NCBI RefSeq assembly: GCF_963921235.1
Contig: NC_086097.1
Coordinates: 98,458,001-98,522,000 of the forward strand
DNA from: Mobula hypostoma
Taxonomy: Eukaryota
Length of the DNA stretch: 64,000 nucleotides
Direction of reading: 5' to 3'
The position numbers were made by a program, and so were the translations under genes. Below the pieces are notes generated by a model. That model worked only from the letters and a program-made list of their open reading frames with translations, had not been told where the DNA came from and searched no databases. Positions 23,786-36,869 of this stretch are shown in pieces. Each line of letters starts with the position of its first letter. The stretch's first letter is position 1.

Positions 23786-26771
23786 AAACATAGAAACACA
23801 GCCAACAGCACAATACAGGCCTTTCGGTTCACAATGCTGTACCGAACATGTGCTTACTTTCGAAATTACCCAGAGTTAACCCCTATTTTTCCAAGTTCTA
23901 TGTACCTATCCAGGAGTCTCTTAAAAGACCCTGTTGTATCTGGCTCAGCCACCATCCTTGGCAGCCCATTCCACGCACTCACCACTCTGCGTTTTTTTTT
24001 AAAAACAACAACAATTACTTCTGACATCTCCTCTGTACCTATTTCCAACCACCTTAAAACTGTACCCTCTAGTGTTAGCCATTTCAGCCCTGGGAAAAAG
24101 CCTCTGACTACCCACACGATCAATGCCTTTCATCTTATACACCTCTATCAGGTCACCTCTCATCCTCCGTTGCTCCAAGGAGAAAAGCCCAAGTTCACTC
24201 AACCTATTCTTATAAGGCATGCTCCCCAATCCAGGCAACATCCTTGTAAATCTCCTCTGCACCCTCTGTATAGTTTTCATATCCTTTCTGTAGTGAGGTG
24301 ACCAGAACTGAGCCCAGTACTCGAAGTGAAGGCTGACCAGGGTCCTATATAGCTGTAACATTACCTCTCGGTTGATGAAAGCCAATGCACCGTATGCCTT
24401 CTTAATCACAGAATAAACCTGCGCAGCAGCTTTGAGTGTCCTATGGACTCGGACCCCAAGATCCCTCTGATCCTCCACACTGCCAAGAGTCATACCCGTT
24501 AATACAAGATTCTGCCATCATATTTGACCTACCAAAATAAACCACTTCATACTTATCTGGGTTGAACTCCATCTGCCACTTATAAGCCCGGTTTTGCATC
24601 CTATCAATGTTCTGTTGTAACCTCTGACAGCCCTCCACACTATTCACAACACCCCCAACCTTTGTGTCATTAGCAAATTTATTAACCTATCCCGCCACTT
24701 CCTCATCCAAGTCATTTATAAAAATCACAAAAGAGCAGGGGTCCCAGACCAGATCCCTAAGGCACACCACTGTTCACCGGCCTCCAGGCAGAATATGACC
24801 CGTCTACAACCACTCTTTGCCTTCTGTGGGCAAGACAGTTCTGGATCCATAAAGCAATGTCCCCTTGAATCCCATGCCTCCTTACTTTCTCACTAAGTCT
24901 TGCATCGGGTACCTTATTAAATGCCTTGCTGAAATCCATCTACATTATATCTACTGCTCTACCTTCATCAATGTGTTTAGTCACATCCTTAAAAAATTCA
25001 ATCAGGCTCGTAAGGCACGACCTGCCTTGGGCAAAGCCATGTTGTCTATTCCTAATCATATTATGCCTCTCCAAATGTTCATAAACCCTGCCTTCTCCAT
25101 CAACTTGCCAACCGCTGAAGTAAGGCTCACTGGTCTATAATTTCCTGGGCTATCTCTACTCCCTATCTTGAATAAGGGATCAACATCTGCAACCCTTCAA
25201 TCCTCCGGAACTTCCAGCCCCATTGCTGATGCAAAGATCATCGCCAGAGGCTCAGCAATCTCCTCCCTCACCTCCCACAGTAGATCTCGTCCGGTCCCGG
25301 TGACTTATCAACTTGATGCTTTCCAAAAGCTCCAGCACATCCTCTTTGTTAATATCTACATGCTCAAGCTTTTCAGTCCACTGTAAGTCATCCCTACAAT
25401 TGCCAAGATCCTTTTCCATAGTGAATACTGAAGCAAAGTATTCATTAAGTACCTCTGCTAGCTCCTCCAGTTCCATACACTCTTTTCCACTGTCACACTT
25501 GATTGGTCCTATTCTCTCATGTCTTATCCTCTTGCTCTTCACATACTTGCAGAATGCCGTGGGGTTTTCCTTAATCCTGTCCACCAAGGCCTTCTGATGG
25601 CCCCTTCTGGCTCTCCTAATTTCATTCTTAAGCTCCTTCCCACTAGTCTTATAATCTTCTAGATCTGAAATCAAGTCAAGTCACTTTTTATTGTCATTTG
25701 GACCATAACTGCTGGTACAGTACACAGTAAAAACGAGACGGTGTTTTTCAGGACCGTGGTGCAACATGAAACAATAGAAAAACTACACTGAACTACGTAA
25801 AACAACACAAAAACTACACTGGACTACAGACCTACCCAGTTCTGTATAAAGTGCACAAAACAGTGCAGGCATTGCAATAAATAATAAACAAGACAATAGG
25901 CACAGTAGAGGGCCTGTCATTACCTAGTTTTTTGAACCTTTCGTAAGCTCTTCTTTTCATCTTGACTAGATTTACAACAGCCTTTTACACCATGGTTCCT
26001 GTACCCTACCATTCTTTCCCTGTCTCATTGGAATGTAACTATGCAGAACCCCACGCAAATATCTCCTGAACATTTGCCACATTTCTTCCGTACATTTCCC
26101 TGAGAACATCTGTTCCCAATTTATGCTTCCAAGTTCCTGCCTGATAGCCTCATATTTCCCCTTGCTCCAATTAAACACTTTCCTAACTTGTCTGTTCCTA
26201 TCCCCCTCCAACAATATGGTAAAGGAGATAGAATTGTGATCACTATGTCCAAAATGCTCTCCCACTGAGAGACCCGACACCTGACCAGGTTAATTTCCCA
26301 ATACCAGATAAAGTACAGCCTCTCTTCTTGCAGGCTTATCTACATATTGTGTCAGGAAATCTTCCTGAACACACCTACAAACTCCACCCCATTTAAACCC
26401 CTTGCTCTAGGGAGATGCCGATCAATATTGGGGAAATTAAAATCTCCCATCATGACAACCCTGTTATTATTGCACTGTTGCAGAATCTGTCTCCTTATCT
26501 GCTCCTCGATGTCCCTGTTACTACTGGGTCATCTATATTAAAAAAATACACCCAGTAGAGTTATTGACCCCTTCTTGTTTCTAACTTCCACCCACAGAGA
26601 CTCAATAGACAATCCCTCCGTGATTTCCTCCTTTTCGCAGCGGTGGCACTATCTCTGATCAGCAGTGCCATGCCCCCACCTCTTTTGCCTCCCTCCCTGT
26701 CCTTTCTGAAACATCTAAAACCTGGTACTCTTAAGTAGCCATTCCTGCCCCTGAGCCATCCAAATCTCTGT
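23786..26771 (-). mobile_element. CR1 LINE, near-complete but degraded ORF2 (endonuclease and RT)
   Basis: GEHFGHSDHN, DFSKAFNKVP, WQMEFNPDK, CR1 C-terminus; the tail matches the 5674-6727 copy. Confidence 0.93.
25667..25913 (-). mobile_element. Short retroposon 3' fragment inserted into the CR1
   Basis: CR1 sequence agatct|ctgtcattacc is interrupted; the minus strand ends aatgacaataaaaagtgacttgacttga. Confidence 0.7.
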
Positions 26772-26945
26772 AAGTATAATGGTTTAATTAAATGGCTGAA
26801 TTAAACATCTTAGTATTTTCTTATGAAACAGGAGGGGGCCATGCAGCTCAACCAGTCTTTCTGCCTTGCTGGCTTTTAGACCTCATTTTCCCACTAATTT
26901 TTTTTCTGTAATCTATTCCCATCAATAGCAGGGAAATTCCTTTCG

Positions 26946-28296
26946 GAATCAGATATAATATTACTGGCATATGTCATAAAATTTGTTTTTTGGCAGCAGT
27001 ACATTGCAGTTCTTAACAATAAAAACTATAAACGATAGTAAGTCTATATAAAAGAAAATTAAATCAAATAAGAAGTGTAAAAAAGGAAAAAAATACTGAG
27101 GTAGTGTTCATTGTCCATTCAGAAATCTGGCAGAGGAGGTGGAAGCTGTTCCTGAAACATTGAGTGTGTTTCTTCAAGCTCCTGTACCTCTTTGATGGTA
27201 GCAATAAGAAAAGGGCAAGTACTGGGTCCTTATGATGGATGCCACCTTTTTGAAGCATCACCTTTTTGAAAGTGTCCTGAATGCTGGTGAGCCTAGTGTC
27301 CTTGATAGAGCTGGCTGTGTTTACAGCTGTGCAGCGCTGCCTCCGTACCAGACAGTATTGCAATCATGGTACATCCAGAGAAACTTGCAAGTGTCTTTGG
27401 TGACATGCCTCAATTCTCTTCAAACTTTGAATGAAATGTAGCCACTGTTGTGCCTCCTTTATAATTGCATCAATATGTTGGATCGAGGATAGATCCTCTG
27501 AGATATTGACACCCGGGAACTTGAAACTGCTCACCCTTTCCTCCTGTTACCCCTCAATGAGGACTGGTGTGTTTAACTTCCCCTTTTTGTAGTCCACAAT
27601 CATTTCCTTGGTCTTACTGATTGTTCCTGCAACACCACTCAACCAGCTGATCTATTGCTCCTGTATGCCTCCACATCACCATCTTAAATTCTGCCAACAA
27701 TAGTTGCATCGTCAACAAATTTATAGATGGCGTTTGAGCTTGACTAGCCACGCAGTTGTGGGTGTGGAGAGAGTAGAGCAGTAGGCTAAACACACATCTT
27801 TGAGATGCACCCGTGTTGGTTGTCAGCAAGGAGCAGATGGTATTTCCGATCTGCACAGACAGTGATCAACTAGTCAGGAAATTAAGGATCCATTTGCAGA
27901 CAGAGCTACAGAGGCCAGGACTTGGAGCTTGTTGATTTGAACTGAGGGTATGATTGTGTTAAACGCTGATTAGTAAATAGCAGCTTGAGGTCAATATTTC
28001 TATTGTCCAGGTGATCCAAGGACGAGTGGAGAGCCAGTGAGATTGAATCCACTGTAGACCTATTGTGGTGGTTGGCAAATTGTATTGGGTTCAGGTCCTT
28101 GAATAAGCAGGAGTTGATTCTAGCCACAACCAGTCTCTCAAAGCACTTTACTGTAGACGTGAATATCACTGGGTGATAGTCATAGAGGCAGCTCACCCTG
28201 CTGTACTTGGGTACTGGTGTGATTATCACCCTTTTGAAATAAGTGCCAATCTCTGACTGCAACAGTGAAGGATTGACGATGTTCTTCAACACTGCC
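26946..28296 (-). mobile_element. Rex1/Babar-like LINE RT fragment
   Basis: VKCFERLVVARI...QFA...NRSTVDSISLALH, TGASQRCVFSLLLYSL. Confidence 0.82.
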
Positions 28297-28739
28297 CTTT
28301 GGTCATGGGCACATGAAAACTCTGCAACTTAATAAAAAAACATCAGAGGTTGGGGTTGTAATTGAGTGGCTGGATCTGTGAGGAAGCAGCTGCATCTGAA
28401 TAAGTGATTAAAGGAAATGGTTATTTACAGTCACAAAATGATTAATGCACCTGTGTGAGGCTGTAACGCAACAAAATTGTGTATACTTTCTTTTACTTAT
28501 AGTAACATTCCAGAAATGGTTATAATGATGGTAAATTTGGATGGAGGAACTTGGGAAAAATACTTGGTGGAGATGCTGAGCAAACTGGGAGCAAGAGGCT
28601 GTCAGATCCCCAGGTCCTTATGGACTTAATCCTAAGGTTTTAAAAGGGGGGATTAGTGAGATGATTGATGTGTGGTTTTAATTTTTTTTAATTTTCTAGT
28701 TCTGGAGAAAAAGTAAATGTCAGTCCTTTAAAAATGTCA

Positions 28740-29035
28740 TTTCTTCAGCAGTTGAACGGGGCACGACTGCGCAAGCGCGTGAAAGTCGGACCGTGGGGCA
28801 ATGGGAGAGTTAAAAAGCCAGCAGATTGAGAAGGGTCGGTCATTTCTTTGGTGGTTGAATGGGGCACGACTGCGCAAGCGCGTGAAAGTCGGACCGTAAG
28901 GCAGCGGGAGAGTTAAAAAGCGGGCAGATTGAGAAAGGTCGGTTCTTTCTTTGGCGGTTGAACGGGGCACGACTGCGCAAGCGTGTGAAAGTCAGACTGT
29001 GAGGCAGTGGGTGAGTTTAAAACTGAGCAGATTAA
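28740..29035 (+). repeat. Three 103-bp tandem monomers in the CR1 5' UTR
   Basis: GGGGCACGACTGCGCAAGCG at 28758, 28861 and 28964. Confidence 0.9.
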
Positions 29036-32000
29036 CGGAGCGGGCGACGGAGTAGTGGGAGACAGTAGGAAAGCTTTGACAATCAGAGGCTGAGGACGAG
29101 CTTCACTCCAAGTGAGGTAAGGCTGGGTAAGTTCCTTTAATTAATTTAATTACCTTAAGAGTAGGTAATGGAGGCAGCAGTTAGGGCAGTTGAGCGCTCC
29201 GTTTGCATTATGCAGGAAGTCAGGGCGAGCACAATTGTCCCAGATGACTACACCTGTAAAAGGTGCATCCAGCTGCAACTCCTGACAAACCGAGTTAGGG
29301 AACTGGAGCTGGATGAACTTTGGATCATTCAGGAGGCAGAGGCAGAAATAAACAGGAGTTGCAGAGAGATAGTCACCCCGAAGAGACAGGAGACAGGTAG
29401 CTGAGTGACTGTCAGGAGAGGGAAGGGGAAGAGACAGAATGAGCAGAACACCCCTGTGGCCGTTCCCACCAATAATAAGTATATCATTTTGGATACTGTT
29501 GATGGGGACGACCTACCAGGGACAAGTTGTAGTGGTTGCATCTCTGGCACCAAGACTGGACCCTCAGCTCAGAAGGCAAGGAGGGAAAAGAGAAGAGCAG
29601 TAGTGATAGGGGATTCGATAGTTAGGGGGACAGATAAGAGGTTCTGTGGAAGAGATTGAGAATCCCGGGTGGTCTGTTGCCTCCCTGATTCCAAGGTCTG
29701 CGATACCTTGGATCAAGTTCTCAAAATTCTCAAGAGGGAGGGTGAGCAGCCAGATGTCATGGTCCATGTAGGGACCAATGAATGTAGGGAGGAAGAGTGA
29801 GGAGGTCCTGAAAGGTGAGTTTAGGGAGTTAGGCGCCAAGTTGAAGGACAGGACCTCCAGGATAGCAATCTCAGGAGTGCTACCAGTGCCACGTGCAGGC
29901 AGGTTTAGAAATAGTAAGGTAGAGCAGATCAACACGTGGCTGAAGACATGGTGCAGGAAGGAGGGCTTCAGATTTATAGATAATTGGGCAGTTTTCCAGG
30001 GAAGGTGGGGCCTGTTCCAGAGGTATGGTTTACATCTGAACTGGAGGGGGACAAATATTTTTGCAGGTAGGTTTGCTAGAGAGGCTTCAGTGGATTTAAA
30101 CTAGATACAAGGGGGGAGGGGAACCAGAGCGTAGGAACAGATGTAGGGGAGAAGGAAGGAAAAGGAGATAGTAAAGTTGTTTGCACTGTTAATGATAAAC
30201 AGAGAGTAAGAGGTGGAAATTTTCTTAAATGCATTTATTTTAATGCTATGAGCAGTGTAAGAAAGGTGGAAGAGTTTAGAGCATGGATTGATACCTGGAA
30301 GTATGATGATGTAGCTATTAGTGAAACATGGTTGCAGGAGAGGTGTGATTGGCAACTAAATATTCCTGGATTTTGCTGTTTCAGGTGTGATAGAATCGGA
30401 GGGACAAGAGGGGGAGGTGTTGCATTGCTTGTCAGAGAAAATATTACAGCGGTGCTCTGGCAGGATAGATTAGAGGGCTCATCTAGGGAGGCTATTTGGG
30501 TGGAATTGAGGAATGGGAAAGGTGTAGTAACACTTATAGGGGTGTATCATAGACCACCTAATGGGGAGCGAGAATTGGAGGAGCAAATTTGTAAGGAAAT
30601 GGCAGATATTTGTAGTAAGCACAAGGTTGTGATTGTTGGATATTTTAATTTTCCACACATAGACTGGGAAGCCCGTACTGTAAAAGGGCTGGATGGTTTG
30701 GAGTTTGTAAAATGTGTGCAGGATAGTTTTTTGCAGCAATACATAGAGATACCAACTAGAGAAGGGGCAGTTTTGGATCTCCTGTTAGGGAATGAGATGG
30801 GTCAGGTGACAGAGGTTTGTGTTGGGGAGCACTTCAGATCCAGTGATCACAATGCCATTAGTTTCAATATAATGATGGAGAAGGATAGGTCTGGACCCAG
30901 GGTTGAGATTTTTGATTGGAGAAAGGCTAACTTTAAGGAGATGCAAAAGGATTTCGAAGGAGTGGATTGGGGCAATTTGTTTTATGGGAAGGATGTAATA
31001 GAGAAATAGAGGTCATTTAAAGGTGAAATTTTGAGGGTACAGAATCTTTATGTTCCTGTTAGTTTGAAAGGAAGGGTTAAAAGTTTGAGAGAGCCATGGT
31101 TTTCAAGGGATATTGGAAACTGGGTTTGGAAAAAGAGAGATGTCTACAATAAATATAGGCAACATGGAGTAAATGAGGTGCTCAAGGTTGCTTTGGCAAG
31201 TAAGGTTAAAATAAATCCAAAGGATTTCTATATTTATATTAATAGCAAAAGGGTAGTGAGGGATAAAGTTGGTCCCTTAGAGAATCAGAGTGGACAGCTA
31301 TGTGTGGAACCAAAAGAGATGGAGATTTTGAACAATTTCTTTTCTTCGGTATTCAGTAAGGAGAAGGATATTAAATTGTGTAAGGTAAGGGAAACAGGTA
31401 GGGAAGTTCTGGAAACAATGATGACTAAAGAAGAGGAAGTATTGGCGCTTTTAATGAATATAAAAGTGGATAAAAGGAGGATTGACGTATTGCTCATGTT
31501 GTTCCATTGTTTAAAAAGGGTTCTAAGAGTAAACCTAGCAATTATTGGCCTGTAAGTTTGACGTCAGTGGTGGGTAAATTAATGGAAAGTATTCATAGAG
31601 ATGGTATATATAATTATCTGGACAGACAGGTTCTAATTAGGAACAGTCAACATGGATTTGTGTGTGGAAGGTCATGTTTGACAAATCTTATTGAATTTTT
31701 TGAAGAGGTTACTAGGAAAGTGGACGAGGGTAAAGCGGTGGATGTTATCCATATGGACTTCAGTAAGGCCTTTGACAAAGTTCCATATGGAGGGTTAGTT
31801 AGCGAGGTTTGATCGTTAGGTGTTAATATTGAAGTAGTAAAATGGTTTCAACAGTGGCTGGATGGGAGACACCAGAGAGTAGTGGTGGATAACTGTCAGG
31901 TTGGAGGCTGCTGACTAGTGGTGTGCTTCAGGGATCTGTACGGGGTCCAATGTTGTTTGTCATATACATTAATGATCTGGATGATGGGATGGTAAATTGG

Positions 32001-32467
32001 ATTAGTAAGTATGCAGATGATACTAAGATAGGTGGCGTTGTGGATAATGAAATAGACTTTCAAAGCTTGGAGAGATTTAGGCCAGTTAGAAGAGTGGGCT
32101 GAAAGATGGCAGATGGAGTTTAATGCTGATAAGTGTGAGGTGCTACATTTTGGTAGGACTAATCAAAATAGGACATACGTGGTAAATGGTAGGGCATTGA
32201 AGAATGCAGTAGAACAGATGGATCTAGGAATAATGGTGCATGGTTCCCTGAAGGTGGAATCTCATGTGGATAGGGTGGTGAAGAAAGCTTTTGGTATGCT
32301 GGCCTTTATAAGTCAAAGCATTGAGTATAAGAGTTGGGATGTAATGTTAAAATTGTACAAGGCATTGGTAAGGCCAAATTTGGAGTATTGTGTACAGTTC
32401 TGGTCACTGAATTATAGGAAAGATATCAACAAAATAGAGAGTACAGAGCAGATTTACTAGAATGTTA

Positions 32468-32672
32468 ACACAAAATAATCTGCAGATGCTGGAGTCAAAG
32501 CAACACTCACAACACGCAGGAGGAACTCAGCAGGTCGGGCAGCATCGGTGGAAAAGATCGGTCGACATTTCGGGCTGGTCCTGACAAAGGGTTCCGGCCT
32601 GAAACGTCGACCGATCTTTTCCACGGATGCTGCCCGACCTGCTGAGTTCCTCTAGCATGTTGTGAGTGTTAG
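32468..32672. mobile_element. Palindromic Penelope-terminus mini-insertion with a hammerhead-like core
   Basis: Inverted arms of about 70 bp; TAGAATGTTA duplicated at 32458-32467 and 32673-32682; interrupts CR1 ORF2. Confidence 0.82.
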
Positions 32673-35600
32673 TAGAATGTTACCTGGGTTTCATCTCCTA
32701 GGTTACAGAGAAAGGTTGAACAAGTTGGGTCTTTATTCTTTGGAGTGTAGAAGGTTGAGGGGGGACTTGATAGAGGTATTTAAAATTATGAGGGGGATAG
32801 ATAGAGTTGACGTGGATAGGCTTTTTCCATTGAGAGTAGGGGAGATTCAAACAAGAGGACATGAGTTGAGATTTAAGGGGCAAAAATTTAGGGGTAACAT
32901 GAGGGGGAACTTCTTTACTCAGAGAGTAGTAGCTGTGTGGAACGAGCTTCCAGTAGAAGTGGTAGAGGAAGGTTCGATTTTGTCATTTAAAGTAAAATTG
33001 GATAGCTATATGGACAGGAAAGGAATGGAGGGTTATGGGCTGAGTGCAGGTTGGTGGGACTAGGTGAGAGTAAGCTTTCGGCATGGACTAGAAGGGCCAA
33101 TATGGCCTGTTCGCGTGCTGTACTTGTTATATAGTTAAAAAGGAGACAAAGCGGTAAACTGCTGGCAAGTTTGCTTCATGTTTGTCGTGGGGAAATTTTT
33201 AAAGCTTTATGACAGTACAACAGGGCATTTCAAAACTTTCAGGCCAATCAGAAAAAGCCAATGAAATTTTGTTGAAGAGATTTTATGCTTAGCCAGTTAT
33301 TGTACTTCAAAGTAACATGGCCTGTGGATGAAAATTAACTGATGAACTAATGCATATAGGCCAATTAGACTTGATAGGCTAAATAATTTCCCTCAATATG
33401 AGTACGAAGAAAAATATATTTAATTGCCAAAAGACAGTTGATAAATAGTGAGAGCAAGATGATTTAGTGGGAACATTACTGAAACCATACATATTCATGT
33501 TTAGATGACTTGGATGATGACTGAAGGTATTGACGAACATTTTGAGGGACACAAAGATAGGTTTGAAAATAGATTATGAAGTGGACACAAGGAGACAATA
33601 AAGGGATATAGAGAGGTTAAGTGAATGGGCAAAGCTCAAAGTAAATTTATCATCAAAATATCCAGTATACAGCCCTGAGATTTGTTTTCTCTACGACAGC
33701 TACAAAACAAAGAAAACCATGGAACCCATTCAAAGAAAAAAAAATCCCCTCCTCCCCTTGTGCCAAAAGCAAATTGCACAAACAGCAACAAGAAAAAAAA
33801 GAGTGAAAACATTGAATATAAAACACAAAATCAAAGGAGTCCATATTCAGTTCAGCTCAGTGTTAATTATTTGCAGGCTGTGATTCAAATTTATCCAAAA
33901 TAGCAACAACAAAGTGTGTGGCCAGGAGCCGGCAGTCTAATCCACAAACTGCAGACTTAGAACTTCGGTACCATCCTCCAACAGCATCGAGGGAGAGAGA
34001 GACACCATTTGAACGCAGGGACCTTCCTTCAGAAACAGCAAATGGTGGGGGGGGAAGGAGGGTGCAGTGAGAAACAGATGCCTTCCTCAGAAAGCAGTGA
34101 GAGAGAGGCTGGCTGACGGCACTGACCATTCACTCGTCTTCTACACTCACCTCAATGTTTTCAATATTCCTCAACGCTTTTATCAGCAAGAAATAGAGTT
34201 GATCACGGGCTAGAGTCTGGTGACAGAGACTTTGCGGTCTCGGAGACAGCAAAGAGTCATGTCTCTGAATTCATCATTATTAAATGCAGACTTATCCAGG
34301 AATGGATGAAGTGGTTTTACTGTCTCTGAGGGTCTCTTTGTGTTTACAATGCTACCAGCACTGAAACGTGTGAACTAATCAATGATGTGGAGATACCACA
34401 CTCCTTGCTCCAGTTCATGTCGATCACAGGCTCCAACAGTACCAGAATATTTAAAAGAAAAACATGTGAAAGAAACAGTTTCATGGACCATCTGAAGAAT
34501 CTCGCCTGTGGTAGCATTTTTGTTGGTGCCATGTTCTTCAGGAATTTGACAAATTGGAGCATAATGGAGGAAATTCTGAAATTAGTCCTTTAAGAAAAGC
34601 TCAAATAATTGAGAGTTTGTGGAGCCAAGAGACGCAGAGGATGTCTGATTTGCCAAGGCTAGCTTGCAGGTGCAAGAGTAATGGGTAAACTTAGTTATAA
34701 CTTGTTACTAAAGGAGTGCAATATGACACATTATGCTTCAGTTTTGCTGAACATGGTTGAGACCACATCAAGAGTATTATATTTGATGTTGTATAAAGAA
34801 GGATGCATATGTATCAAAAGCAACCTAAAGAACTTAATTGAGCATGGAATGAGTGTTCTAGTTATGTGGCAAGGGTAGGTTTGTAATCACTGGAGTTTAG
34901 AACAATGTAGGTTGGGGGGTGAGCTCATCCATTACCTTGCTGAGGATGCATTCCCAGAAGTTAAAGCACCCTCTGAATTGGCACTAAAAGAGATCACTAT
35001 AATCATTCAGAGGGAATTATTACTGTACATGGAACCTGACATGATCTCCTATTCTACCTGCTGACACTCCTGTGCTTGGACCTTCGTAAAAACCCTTGCC
35101 CTCCCTATTTCTGCATGTCCTTGTGCTGATCATGTGATGAGAGTTACTACAATCCCTGCTGCTAAGCTAAGAACCCCATGGCCCAGATTGGAATGGCTGC
35201 CTGTGGTAAATGTTGGTGTCTGGCAAACTAGGATGAGTGGTGTGGCCACTCAGTGCTGAGATGTGGGGCTTTGGTCTGCACATGTGAGCATGAATCATTG
35301 TTTGGAATTGGCAGCACTTACCATCTGTGCTAACAGGGTCCCAGGCTGCTGCCATACTTTTTCATTTCAATTTTTTTCCTCCTCTCTTTAGCTGCACCAT
35401 TGAGCTTGTTACCATAGAGGAATGTCTGGGTTGAGGAAAGCTGAGCAGCCAAAGAAAGGAGGGTATGTAGCAGCTTCCATTTAGTCCAGTGGGTGGTAAT
35501 GTGGAAGATTGGGCAGTCTTGTCAACACTGCACATCTGCTAACAGTTACCAGCAATGGCCCATTTTCTGAGCATTACATTTTGGCACTGAGAGCCACACT

Positions 35601-35937
35601 GTCCCTGATTCATCACTGCAGGAATGCCAGCAGAGGACAGTGATTCATATCAGGTTCTTGGCAGAGCAGTGGGCATTGCAGTGCTTCATGCCAGACTCCT
35701 GGCATAGTTGTGGGCAGCTCAACCAAATGAATCTGTTTGGACTGGAGGACCAAGATTGAGCTTTGTAGGCTGCCAATGCAATGAAATTACTGACATCTCA
35801 AATGTGTAAACTTGTGCAATGCAATTGTTTTTAACTCCTGTATTGGTCACTGTCTGCAGTGCTTGATACTAATTACAATATTTGCAGTGAAATTGTCGTG
35901 GTATGTTGTTTTGCAGTAAATGGAAACTGGAACAATA

Positions 35938-36668
35938 CAGTGGATTCTGGTTAATTGTGGTAGCTGCTTATATGGGATAACTCTTAAAGGACAAAAACAA
36001 ATTGAGAAAAACCCGAGATTCCCTTTGTTTATTTGGGACACTATGCTGCTTAATTGGGACAGGAGACTGTTTCTAACTCACATTAGTTGAGTGCACTTGT
36101 ACTGCACCATACTTAGAGGGAACAATTTTTAAATAACATTAATTTGTGTTTGTGTTCAAAAAGCAGTGATTTTTTTTGTCACAAGGAGTTGACAAGAAAT
36201 AAGCAGTAAGACAATTCAGAACTGTTCGGTTCACTGCAATTTCAAGCATTTTGACTTGGAGGTGCCGGAAATTGCTGGGAATGAAATGAAACAGTTTCAC
36301 TACTTCAAGTTAGGAACTATAAAGAATTTGAAGATATCAACAATCATCTTGAATGGTACAAGGAAAATGAAGATTAGGAAGATGCAATCATTGAAAGCAT
36401 TGTGTATGAAGGCAGTCCATTATCTGCATTAGGTGTCTGCTCTGATTTTGTTAATTTACAGTCAATCAAAAGAACACTTACGCTGGTTGAATTTAGGAAC
36501 TAATACAGTTTTATATTTCTGTGGTAGTATTGGTAGTGTTCTAATTTATTCTGTATTTCATTTAAGTACATAATTTAACTTTTTCCATAAAACTTCTGCT
36601 AATTGGGGAACCGCTTAATTGTCAAAATGTATTGGTCATGATGTGTCCCAGTTAACCAGAATCCACTC
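35938..36668 (+). mobile_element. Tigger/pogo-like non-autonomous DNA transposon
   Basis: TA|CAGTGGATTCTGGTTAA ... TTAACCAGAATCCACTC|TA terminal inverted repeats with TA flanks. Confidence 0.8.
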
Positions 36669-36869
36669 TATATTGTACAGTAAGTACTGTTAATTGTACA
36701 TTACTATTTGTGTAGTAAAGTTGATGCTGTGTCTGTGATAGTAAATGTAGTGAAGCTGAACCCATGTACTATATTGATTAATAAAAGTTATATTTGGTGT
36801 ATTATCCCTCCTAGTGAGATTTACACAAATTGGTAAATTTATCTCTAAGATCATGCAAGTCAAGTCTGT

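Larger units (their letters stand above)
28735..33134 (+). mobile_element. Near full-length CR1 LINE: 5' tandem repeats, ORF1 (zinc finger plus SGNH esterase), ORF2 EN-RT with deletions; TSD TTAAAAA
   Basis: CSVC...CKRC-like motif, VIGDSIVRG, DGLH-like YGLHLN; ISETW, SDHN, DFSKAFDKVP, YADD; TTAAAAA at 28728-28734 and 33135-33141. Confidence 0.93.

Noticed and set aside
28740..29035. Regularly spaced repeats resembling a CRISPR array
   Set aside because: The intervening sequences are themselves repeated (whole 103-bp monomers), there are no cas genes, and the context is a eukaryotic LINE 5' end
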